Shown here: piece by piece, positions 41,439 through 52,516 of the stretch
How the letters are laid out: each line of letters opens with the position of its first letter
How positions within the stretch are numbered: position 1 is the first letter of the stretch
Origin: Saccostrea echinata
Taxonomy: Eukaryota
NCBI RefSeq assembly: GCF_033153115.1
Contig: NW_026889753.1
Span: forward strand, 2,232,001 to 2,296,000
DNA length: 64,000 nt
Direction: 5' to 3'
Made by a program: the position numbers and the translations under genes
Notes under the pieces: model-generated
Seen by the model: the letters and a program-made list of their open reading frames with translations, nothing else
What the model was told of the DNA's origin: nothing
The model's database searches: none

Positions 41439-41879
41439 ATGAAAGCAGTAGTTGAAAATGCTATATCATCAGATATCTCCAGGATCATATTCATTTATTC
41501 CAAAGAAGACCAGGATGAGGCTAACGAATTTCTGGAACATTTTCAAGGCATCGTTCTTACATCAGAAAGAAACTTTGAAGTAACATTTACAACGCTTGAT
41601 GAAGAATTATTAGACAAATCATTTGAACAGTATAAATTTGCTTTTCTATTCCTTACAAAGTCATTCTGTGAAGATTTATGGCCAAAAATGTCATCGAAAG
41701 ATTTTGTCAGAAATTTGTTGTACGGAATGGATTGTAATTGTATTCTGACACCAATATTTACAAAGACAAGGAAAACAGCCCATTTTAAGATTCCTTTGGG
41801 ATTGAACACCTTGAAAGGACTCAGATACTGTGACAGAGACGAATTTTACAAAACCTCTGTACTTAGGTTATTTAAATGA
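41439..41879 (+). CDS. TIR-domain-only protein, TICAM/TRAM-like (gene B, 146 aa)
   Basis: Single-exon ORF: IIFIYSKEDQDEA...FAFLFLTKSFCEDLWP...ILTPIF...FKIPLGLNTLKGL. Clearly paralogous to gene A (LTKxFCExxWP, FKIPxGL). AATAAA at ~41930. Confidence 0.8.
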   Translation: MKAVVENAISSDISRIIFIYSKEDQDEANEFLEHFQGIVLTSERNFEVTFTTLDEELLDKSFEQYKFAFLFLTKSFCEDLWPKMSSKDFVRNLLYGMDCNCILTPIFTKTRKTAHFKIPLGLNTLKGLRYCDRDEFYKTSVLRLFK

Positions 41880-43379
41880 ACAAAAATATTATAATTGACA
41901 AATGGAGATTCACTGACTTTTGACATTGAAATAAAGGTTTTGGGTCAATTTTATTAAAAGTTTGTTAATGAAGAGTTCACCCCTGGTCTGTCATAAGTTT
42001 TATATATGCATCGTAACTTTGACATTTACATAATTTTTTTCTCCTAAAGGAATTTTATTTTGACTTTGAAGTGTCAATTGATGCAGACCAAAAGATGATT
42101 TAATTTCACACACTTTTTCTGTATTCAACGTCAAAGAAGTTTTTCTATCATTTTAAATGATCTTCAATATTCCAGTTATCCCTATAATCATTCAAAGAAA
42201 GCCACAATTTTATCTGAAAAGTGTTTTTGTTTATTTATGATTTAATTTAGATTTATTTCATATATGATTGGAACAAATGTTTAACATTTTGGTTGTTATG
42301 TTTGCAAAAGTTTATGCTTTTATGGATATAAATTGATGTTTATTATGCGATTATGTTTTTTACATCTTTTAGATATCTCTGATTAATAATTAGTAAGATT
42401 TTGATGTAAGTTATCCATGCTGCCCCCTCCCTCCCCATAAGAAGGTTTTTAAATTTTTTTTATTCAATTAGCATCACTCGAGTTTTGAGCGGGCCTGTGC
42501 ACTTTTCATCTTTCTAGAAGAGAGAGAATTTCCTTGCTGAGGGCTTCTTTTTAGGGCATTTACTCATGATATTCATTTTTTTGATGAAATGAATATATTG
42601 TGTTGTGAGTAGTAGATCGTCAATTTATTATCATCAAGGGCGATTAATTGTCATAAAAAACATTGTAATTCCAATTAAATTTTAATATAACAAATCATCG
42701 AACAGTGTTCATGTTTTAGATATGACATTATTATTATTCAATTGTATTACATGTATATGACATTACAGAAAAATGTTGAATAAGAATCAATTTTCGGTCA
42801 ATGTAGTTCTTACGTATTTAAAAATGCTTTCAAGGCTTTGAACTTAGTACCTTTGCGATGTGTTTAAACCCTAGACTGAAATTATCAGTTTAAATATAAT
42901 ATTCATGCTTATTTGTGTAACAATACAACATCAATTCATAAAAAATGACAAACCAAATGTTTAAAAATATGATATATGCTACATAGTATGTTAAATTATA
43001 TAAAATATACATAGCTGATGAGTCATGAATGGATATACATGTACATATGATGGAAATATTAAAGTCATATACTTGTATGGCGTATTTTTTTTTTTATAAG
43101 TTCAGACTAACTTAACTTAAAAAGATCTTTCTATTTGTTTTATTACTTTATATAAAGATAGGACTTTCCTGTAAATTACACAATTTAAACAATCACGTTT
43201 CAAAAATATTAGAAATTTAAAACAATTACCGATTTATTTACCGACTCCGCATTTAAATATCAGACACAGTAATTATGGAAACATGAGATTATTCAAGTTC
43301 AAATTGCGTGAAAATTTTAATTTGAACGTAAATAACATATATCATGTTTGTCTACACTCATTCTCGTGTTCTTTGTCAC

Positions 43380-43737
43380 CATTCACGGTAGCTCACTCGG
43401 TGGTAGCTCACTCGGTAGAGCGCTCGCTCCGTGATCGGAAGGTCGTGAGTTCGAATCTCGGGCGCGACTGACCTAAGTCGATAAAAATAGGTAGCAATTG
43501 TTGCTTCGCAATGCGTTCGGCACTTTGAAGTGAAAGTTGCGGGTCCTTCGGATGAGACCTTGAAAACCGAGGCCCGTGTCACAGTATGCGTTGGCACGAT
43601 AAAGATCCCTTACTGCTCAATGGCCCTGAGTGCCGAGTAAAGGTCAAAATTTGAAGCCCTTCACCGGTACATGGTGACGTATATATATGAGTGAAAACTT
43701 CTCGAATGGGACGTAAAACAACATAAAATCAATCAAT
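43380..43737 (+). mobile_element. tRNA-derived SINE, same family as 26410-26752
   Basis: Duplicated box-A head GGTAGCTCACTCGGT, box B, Deu-like core, (CAAT)n tail. Confidence 0.85.
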
Positions 43738-44381
43738 CTCGTGTTTTTAATTTTTAGCTCAGATACGCCATTTATAGCTTTAATAAACAATGAAAAAGTA
43801 AGGTTTTTGGTAAGATTAAAAAAAGTTGCCGTGTTCAAATTGATAAAACTATTTGGTTATGTTAGAGTTATATATTCAATAATCTCTATTTCTGTAATTC
43901 CTGTATTACCACAGAAGGTTTTCATTTTTATTGACGCGAAAGATATAATATACTTTTATCAATTTAATGTACATTCAATATTTTTGAATCGTATAAATCA
44001 AAAGTTGAAGAAGATAAAAATTCAGTTATAATTTTAAATATTTGGAAAGTTTAAATGCCTGAACAATGTTTGCTGATTGAAAATAAGGTTATGATGTGTA
44101 TGTTTTTGAAGGTTTTGAAAACCGATGAATTAGAGTTACGATTCGCTCGTTAATAAAGCATACATGTTTCTAATCCTGGATCACAGGAAAGTGCAGTGCT
44201 TATAAATAGTTTACTTCCCATTCCCAGGAATAATTCTATTTTCAGTTTGAATGCTCTCAGTAGGTTCATTGGAAGTTACTGGTAAAGGACGGACATTTTA
44301 TAATTCAAGTAAAAATTATAATAATAAAAAATGAAAAAATGAGAATTTTGAAATGCATAGGATTTTACCAATTAATTTTAA

Positions 44382-44727
44382 AGCAATATGAGCGGCAACT
44401 TTGATGTCGAAAATTTTTGTTGCAATATTGTAATTAACTTTTTCAATGACAGGAAAAAAGAACAGTTATAAACTTCTGTTGTTCATATTTGCGATGGAAG
44501 AAGTATTTATAAGCTTTGATAGAAGCAAAGTTACATTAATTTATTGTCCTGTACAATATTGATTTCTTATATAATGCTATACATTCCATTGCACAAAAAT
44601 TCTTTCTTTTGAAAAAGATTTAATACTTTATTTAGTCTAATTGGTCACAAAGGTTTAAATTACATACAGATTTATCATAGCAGCACAATTTAAAAATAAA
44701 ATTTTCAAAAATGCAGCTCATATTGCT
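44382..44727. mobile_element. Kolobok-like MITE
   Basis: TIR AGCAATATGAGC...GCTCATATTGCT flanked by TTAA on both sides. Confidence 0.7.
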
Positions 44728-45989
44728 TTAAAGACTGTTTGGAATTCATAAAAAGGTTCTTTCTAATATGTATTTTATTGGATATTGACAACAGCTTGAT
44801 TGGTGTTCTGTAAACCTAGGAAAAATGACAAACAACATTATGAAAGCACTAATTGCACGTAGTAAGAGTCGAGTTTTGTGACCAATGATGATATAAAATC
44901 CATCGGTTAAATAGTTATTTGAAGTGGACACGTTTATATACATATACATATCAACGCCATTTTTATTAAACTTATATACATTGTACATGTACAGTATTCA
45001 CTTACATGTATGCTACTTATACTCAGGTTATGAGCTTGTTTTGAAATGAGTACGAATTTGATTTTTAAAAAATAGATTATTGATTAAAAGAGACCCAGGG
45101 AATAGGCAAATTTCAAGAACTCTGAGAAGTGATCGTTTCTTAGTCTAGAGGAAATCAAAAGTTTGCCAATTCTGTTATTGATACAATATGTCGTATATTC
45201 AAAATGCCAACAAATGAAAAGAGGAAACAACTAAAGAAAATTAAACTAGATAAGAAGCTAGGTTGTCTGAGCTAACCGAATTTCCAACCGAATGCAAAAA
45301 TGCAACATAAATTTAAAAAAAAAAACTTCGTGCACTTGCCCACGGTTTGCCAGTCTTTTCGTTTATCGAGAAAGACTTATGATTGATTTGATAGACTTGC
45401 TACCCTAGGCAGACTTACGATTCGTTGAGAAACGACTGTGCTTTCAGATCCTGAATGGATATGACGGAAACATTAAAAGAAATATTTTTGGTCAGATTAA
45501 AAAGGACTTATTTGTCCAGAGTCATTGACCTGAAACACATAATAAACTTTTATTTATGTAATGTGCATTATATATATTTTTGAATCATAATGTTCATATT
45601 TAGATATTTTGAAAGTCTGATTGCCCGAAGAACAATAATTGCTGATTAAAAATGTAAGGTTGTAGTATTTTTTTTTTTCAATAGCGATGAATTAGTTACA
45701 ATTGAAATAAAATATACATGTTAATAATCATTGATCGGAAATGCAGTGCTTGTGGTTTCCACTAGATATTCTATTTTCATTCTGAATGTTTTCAAAAGGT
45801 TAATTTGTAGTTTATGGTAAAGGATGACATTTATTAATCCAAGCAAATAGGAAACAAATCTGAGTTAGCCCTATTTTGAATTTTGCAGTGCATAAGGTTT
45901 TAACAATTATTTTTAGTTCTTTTTACCTATTGTATTGAATATTGACGAAATATTCAGTAGGTGATCGAAATATTTTTGTTTTCTCTTCA

Positions 45990-46205
45990 AATATTTTTCG
46001 ATAAATTGGAACGCCACTAATCACCTTCAGAAGGCCTCTATTCGGCAACTGGGCAGGTAGGGAGTTTGTGCCACTATCTACTGCTACAAGACCTCGATTT
46101 ATAGGATCTCATCTAAACGACTGGTCTCTACGTTCCTTGGTGGATTTGAACTCGCGACGTAAGGATCAACTCTTTACTCTGCGATTCTTACCACTGCGTC
46201 ACGCT
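45990..46205 (-). mobile_element. Degraded SINE of the 16.7/20-kb family
   Basis: Decayed matches to GACCTCGGTTTATACGGTCTCATCCGAAGGAC and GCGACGTAAGGATCAACTC. Confidence 0.6.
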
Positions 46206-46552
46206 CTTAAATGTAAAGTACATGAAAAAAGAACATTACGAATCTACAAAAGCCGAGTTTTGTGACAACTGATGATTTTAAAATGGGCACGTTTATATCA
46301 AAGACTCAACACCATTTTAAACTAATGAACTTGATTTGTACAGTCTTCACAACAAAGTCGTCTATGAATACTGACGGAGAGAATCAGAACTCTGAGGATG
46401 TTCTGTAGTCTAGAGGAAACCTCAGCACTTCGTCACAACTCTGTTACTACAATTTATCACATATTTAATATGCTAAGGGTATTATAATGAAAGTGCAATT
46501 AAAAGAAAACTAATAAAGAAGGTTGTCTAATTAGCAATGTATATTTAGTCGA

Positions 46553-46805
46553 CATGGCCGTAGGAACCGGGGGGGGGGGGCACGGGGGGGCCGTGCCCCC
46601 CCAATAATTTTGCCGATATATAGATTACTATAGTAAACATAGATACTATCAGCTTGTGCCCCCTCAATAAAACCGCCTGATGACCTTCTTTTTTTTTTTT
46701 TTTTTTTTTTGCTTGTCAAAAAATTTTTGGTAGTGCCCCCTCAACTGTCAACTGAAAAATGTTTGGCTGTGCCCCCCCAAACTGAAATTGCTTCCTACGG
46801 GCCTG
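46553..46805. mobile_element. MITE with 5-bp TSD
   Basis: Ends CATGGCCGTAGGAA...TTCCTACGGGCCTG; TSD GTCGA at 46548-46552 and 46806-46810. Confidence 0.8.
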
Positions 46806-46956
46806 GTCGAATAAGTTGATACCTTTGAAATGCTATGTGCATTAACAAAACAACTGTTCCGTCAGTCTGCTTACAGCATTGCGCAACCACATGCATCGCA
46901 AGTCTGCGTAAGGTAGTAAGTCTATAAAAACAATCGTAAGTCTTTCTCAATAAGTG

Positions 46957-46964
46957 TATAAAAA
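46957..46964 (+). promoter_or_regulatory. Candidate TATA box of the vWA gene
   Basis: TATAAAAA about 60 nt upstream of the ATG at 47018. Confidence 0.45.
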
Positions 46965-47017
46965 GGACGCCATGAAAAGAAGCATTTATTCTTAGACGAA
47001 GTTACAAGCAAGATAAA

Positions 47018-48699
47018 ATGGCAGTACCACCAGGTGGTCCGATAGAAATTTGTTTCTCGTTTGACACAACTGGCTCTATGTCAAGTTCCATCAATGCGGT
47101 TAAACAGAATGTCCAGGAAATGATTCAACGGCTGCAAACGGACATCCCCGGTATAAGAATCGCCGTATTTGCTCACGGAGATTACTGTGATAGGAAAACA
47201 TCTTATGTCACCAAGTATATAGATTTTTCCACGGATCTGAATGAACTGTGTAACTGGGTCAAAAGCGTTGGGTCCACTGGAGGCGGGGATTCTGATGAGT
47301 GTTATGAGCTGGTCTTGCACCAGGTACAAACTTTGTCTTGGACACCTGGCACACAGAGGGCGCTGGTGATGATAGGAGATGCCCATCCTCATGACGTGAA
47401 CTACCCAGACAACAAACTGAAATTGGACTGGAAGGAAGAAGTGGAAAAATTAGCAGTCATGGTAAGTAAATTATTTTAGTTCTTTATGCCAACCATTTAA
47501 TGCAAACTTTCAATGTTTTGGACTCCTGTTTTTGTATGACCATGTCGTCAGATTTTATGCAGAATACCACATGCTGTATTTCAGGGTGTGCGAGTGTACG
47601 GTGTACAGTGTCGATCTGGTGACAAAAGAACAAACGACTTCTACCAAACACTGGCCGACAAGACAGCTGGCAGACGAGTAGAACTGGAGCAGTTCTCCAA
47701 TCTCTTTGACTTCATTATGGCCATCTGCTACCGAGAGCAAGGCGCAGAGTTCCTGGACATCTATGAACAGGAAGTACGGGCCAGAGACGCTAGAATGGGT
47801 GTTCATGAGGATTTGAATGCTATGTTCGGAGCACTCAAAGACGATGAACCTTCCACATCTTCATCTAGCAAAGTGGAAGCATCGTCTTCAAAGTCCAGAA
47901 CACTTCCCTACAAGCCGGTCCTGAAAAAGGTGCCTTCACTGACAAAAGCTGCATCCGTAATAAAACTGAAGAAAAAGAATTCTTCCATTCATGCAGTAAA
48001 GAAAACAGTTTTTAAAAAGACTAGACCTTCTGCATTGGATAGAAAGAGAGCAAAGCATCTGGTCATTTCATGCAAAAAGGTACTAAAACTCACATTATTA
48101 TATTTATTAATCAATATATCATTAGGATTCCAAACTTTGGACAGTCATATTAAGTGTAAAGTATTTAATCTGAGGCTGATATTCAATGTATATACAACTT
48201 ATTTCAGCTCAACACTCTAAGAAAACTAAAGAGAGAAAATGTTGCCGAGACAAATTTCTCACTGAACAGGATTCATTGGTCCCCGTGGGAACTAGTTATT
48301 TCTCCCATTAAACCGGAGGATGACTCGGTGTGGACAGAAAGACATCGAGGAAGAAAGGGTTTCAGAAAATCCACCGTCTGCGGAGGAAAGACATTCCCTG
48401 CCGCTGTGTACGAGTTCTCTGTGAGGAAACCATCTGATTCTAAACGTTATGTTACCTACTGTAAACTTTCCTCGGGATTCACCAGTACAAGGTGCTGGGA
48501 ATCCAGACTCTTGTCCGATTCTGACGTTCGATCTCAAGTGAACAAAGTGGTGTCTTTGGGATATTCTATATTTGTTCGTAGATGTTTGGTGACTGACTCT
48601 AACAAAAACACCATTAAGAAATCCCTTCTCAGATATGACTATGCTTGGAGACCTGTACATGACTTAAGATCTTCTCCCAGGGATATCAATATGGGTTAA
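47018..48699 (+). CDS. vWA domain + basic linker + degenerate GIY-YIG-like (plant ET/HRT-type) domain protein (~476 aa)
   Basis: Exons 47018-47461, 47585-48079 and 48208-48699, all phase 0. MIDAS DTTGSMS, GGGDSDECYE and MIGDAHPH. C-terminal WSPWELVI...AVYEF...YVTY...ESRL...GYSIFVR...LLRYDYAW. AATAAA at ~48798. Confidence 0.8.
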
Positions 48700-49717
48700 A
48701 GTTGTCTAAAAACAATCTGTATAATATGTATTTTGTTAATTAATAATTTTTGGAAATTTTTTGTTGTTGTACCATGTATAATTTGTATTAATATGGAATA
48801 AATAAATATCAGTTTTATGCTGTGTCTGATGTATACAACGTTTCCGATGTTTGATATATAATATCATTTGAATGAGGAAGGTTATTTAATGAAGAATCCA
48901 CGCTTTCCTTTACTGGGAAACATGGCGCATTTGAGAATGATATTATGACATATGCAATCTATTCAGTTCCTAATGATAATTCAAAGCATACAAACAAGAT
49001 AAAAGTTGTGAAAGTTACTCTTATTTTTATGAAAATTTTTGTAAAGTGAGAATATTAAAATAACAAAAAGAAAGAAATAAAATATTTAAATAAAAAATTT
49101 TCAGGTTTAGATATAGCTTTTAATTTTTCTGAAAACTGAAAGGAAATTATTGTGGTCATGAAAGATTGAGAGAAGAACTGAAAGAATAATGACATTTTTA
49201 TGTAGTGATTTTTTAATTGGTTTTTCCAAGTGAAATTGCAAAGTCCTGTGATATTAAAAACACGAAAGTATAAAGGAAATGTCTAATACATGTACTTAGG
49301 AAGAAAAGAAAAGGAAAAAGAAACAACTCTAACGTTAGAACAGTCTACAATCGTTTTCTTCTCCTTAGAAAGTAAAATAGCTATATGGTTTATAACTTTA
49401 AATTTCGAATACATAGCTTCCTCCGTTAAATGCAGGGTAATCTAGTGAATCAGGAGAACTGGTTGATCTGTTGTTCGGTGTTTCTGAGTTCAAATTAATT
49501 GTTGTTGGCGTTTTGTCATTGGTGTATACTACTACATTATTATAGTTTACGATTATACTAATCAAGATTAACTATTGAATTGTGTGAACTTGAATGAGTC
49601 TAAATGTTTAGCGATGTTATGAGAGTATAAGACTCTCTAAACAATTCATTTCGCTTGCTTAAAAGCTATTTTAACTGTTTGAAAATAATTCTTTGCATCA
49701 TCTGAAATAACGTATCC

Positions 49718-50596
49718 AACAAGAGGCCCATGGACCACAACGCTCACCTGAGTCAATATGGCCCTGCCGTTCTTCATCAGCAGATTTTTTTCTCCTGTAT
49801 ATTTCTATATATTTACATTTCCAATAAATTTCCCTTATGATTCTTTACAAAATAGAATACAGTTCATTTTCTCATGAACTACCATGGATGAGCATGAATA
49901 TCTCCATTGTTACGTCATAATACCCTACTTGACGTCAAAACTATAGTGCAAACTGTTTTGCTTTAAAAATGACAGTTGAATGGCGTTATTTGTGGCAAAT
50001 CATCAGAAAAATAATGTAAATATAAGAAATGAATTTAATTTTTGAAAATTCATGAGGTACATGAACTACAACGCTTCACGCCGGCATATTTATCAAGAAG
50101 CGCTAACGCGCTTCATGAAATATGCCGGCGTGAAGCGTCGTAGTTCATGTCCTCATGAATCTTCAAAAATGAAATTCATTTCTTAAGTAAAACTTTGCTC
50201 CCCTGTTGTATCCCCATCCTACCCCCATTTGATTTGAACTTGAATCTAAAATATCTGAGGATACTTCCATATCAATACGACTAATCATGGCATTGTTTTT
50301 CTTGAGAAGAAGGTTTTTAAAGATTTTTTTTTCTCCTATATATTCCTATGTAAGTCTTTGATCCCCCATTGTGGGCCCACCCTATCTCCTTGGGTCATGA
50401 TTTGCACAAACTTGAATCTACACTGTGTAATGTTTCACGTGGTTTCACGTAAGTTTCAGCTTTTCTAGCCCAGTGGTTCTTAAGATGTTTTTTAAATGAT
50501 GCCACCAAATTTTCACTAATTTTTAATTAAATCCCCTTGAAAGAAGGAGTGGTCCTTCATTTGAACAAACTTGAATACCCTTCATCCAAGGATGCT

Positions 50597-50635
<39 letters not shown>

Positions 50636-50734
50636 TCTAATGACAAGTTGAAAATGTGAAAAATTTAGACGGACAGCTAGACGGACGCCAGACAAAATGT
50701 GATTGAGCTTTCAGCTCAGGTGGGCTAATAAAAA
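49718..50734 (+). mobile_element. Helentron/Helitron-type non-autonomous element with Cg170-like satellite monomers, interrupted by an insertion
   Basis: Start AACAAGAGGCCCATGG...GCTCACCTGAG; ~166-bp monomers (AAACTTGAATCTACAC...GGTTCTT); GACGGAC microsatellite; end GAGCTTTCAGCTCAGGTGGGCTAA. Confidence 0.75.
50023..50185. repeat. ~160-bp near-perfect palindrome within the nested insertion
   Basis: TAAGAAATGAATTT...CGCTTCACGCCGGCATATTT / AAATATGCCGGCGTGAAGCG...AAATTCATTTCTTA. Confidence 0.85.
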
Positions 50735-51502
50735 TTTCTTCTAGTACTACTAATATGTTTGGTTCATATTATAGAAGTTTCCAAGAAATCAGGTTATTCA
50801 GTGTTTAGACAAATTAGATGGGCGATTTATGACAGAGGCACACTGTATTCCTGGCAATATGTTTTGATTTTAAATTGTTTATTTCAAATATTACATCATC
50901 AAAGATTTACAAGCCATCATATCAAAGGAGTCCGTCCGATTTCTATTACATGAATTATTATTATTATATTATTTTGAATCAGACACTGAAGAAGACTTGA
51001 ATCGAATTTTTGCCTGCTGTCCAATCCCTTTCCTTCTGGAATAATAGGATTTCACCATTAAAGGTTAAATCCATTTATCAAAGGGAAAAACTTAATTTTT
51101 ATATAAATACGGTGTTGTGGGATTGTTTATTTTGGTCCTGCGTCAATTAGTCTTCACCTCAACACATTTTGCTTACGTCATAAGTGCACAGATCCATCAT
51201 CAGTCGAAGCAGACGTTTTCAAAGGTAAGGACGGAATTTTACAGTGGTGTGAATTTTCGATTGTTTTTAGCTAATACTTTTACTTTTTGTCAAGAAATTG
51301 TTGTAATAAAATTTTAAATGCTCTTTTATGGCATATTTATCCAAATTAAATCATCGATGCTAACAAATTTCGTAGATATTTGTTGATTTTAACAGGCACT
51401 CATGTACACGTGCATTCAAAGTTCAGTGGTCATATTACATTAAAGTTTGATGACAACCCATGGTTAACGGATTTTCTCTTTGGTTATATTTCGAGATTCG
51501 AA

Positions 51503-52516
51503 ATGCCTAAGCGGAAGACGGCGAGTCAGACCCAGGCTCAGCCACGGAAACGAGCAGGGAGACGTCTGGAGACAATTTCCGAAGTTCCTCCGTCGGCGAG
51601 CATCACGGACGGAACGGTCCAGCCTATCAATTGCCCTTCTGATGTACAGGCTACTGCACCCACGATAATGCCTACCAACGTTATGCCACCCTACCAACTT
51701 CAGGATCTGGCTCAACGCATTTCCACAATTTTGTCTGAGCGAGAAGACCCAGCCCAACCTCAGGGGACAGAAGGTATTCCTTCATCCAATGCGAACATAA
51801 GAGTTTCTAGTTATGATAATGATTTGGGGCATAATGTATCCAACAACATTAAACTCAAAATTGCCAATGGCGAATATGTTAATTTAGCTTCATTAATCAA
51901 CAATAAGCTCGAAACTGACCCCCATGATGATACTAGATATTTCTCACTGCAAAATGGCAATTTGGGTTTATCATCAAAATCTAAATTAAAACCCATTACT
52001 GACATCCAAATGTGGACAGATGCTTTTCTTGTCTAAGCAGCCATTTATGTGCTGGCTCGCCCCATGGAAAACGCTGCTCTGTTTAAATATATCCACACAA
52101 TACGTCTCAGGGCAAGCCGGGTTAATGGCCTGGGTTGGCGGGACTATGACATTCAATTCAGATTGAAGAAAGACTGCAACCCTTCAATGTCATTTGCGTC
52201 AGTTGATCAGGAGCTTTGGCTCCTTTACATGTATAACAATGCCCTTCACCGACAGCCTGCTATTCAGCCATCCCAACCCTTAAAGTGTTATGATTTCAAC
52301 TACAAGGGTTATTGTTCAAGGCTAAACTGCCAATATAGGCACTGGTGCATTTTATGTTCACAACCCCATCCTTTTACAATGTGTAGAACCACTACTAGAA
52401 ATTCATTAAATTTTAGATCTGGGAACTCTCAGTCAACCTGGCGTGCTCAATCAACAGTCAAGCCAGCTACTAGCAGTTTCAGAACCCCCTCCTCAACACC
52501 AGTTAGACATCAGTAG
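51503..52516 (+). pseudogene. Ngaro gag-like ORF1 with a premature stop
   Basis: MPKRK...IANGEYVNLASL...WTDAFLV*(TAA 52034-52036)...GWRDYDIQFRL and a Cys/His finger (CYDFN..GYC....C.YRH.C..C...H). Confidence 0.75.

Noticed and set aside
26410-43737. tRNA genes at 26.4 and 43.4 kb, and short ORFs over SINEs (also 16573-16806 and 19971-20312)
   Set aside because: These are SINE heads and bodies with tails and TSDs; the ORFs are incidental.
47081-48660. Minus-strand ORFs of 103, 83 and 122 aa
   Set aside because: Antisense to the vWA gene exons.
50980-51025. CTGAAGA...GAA hammerhead-like motif upstream of the Ngaro element
   Set aside because: Core incomplete and no convincing stem III.
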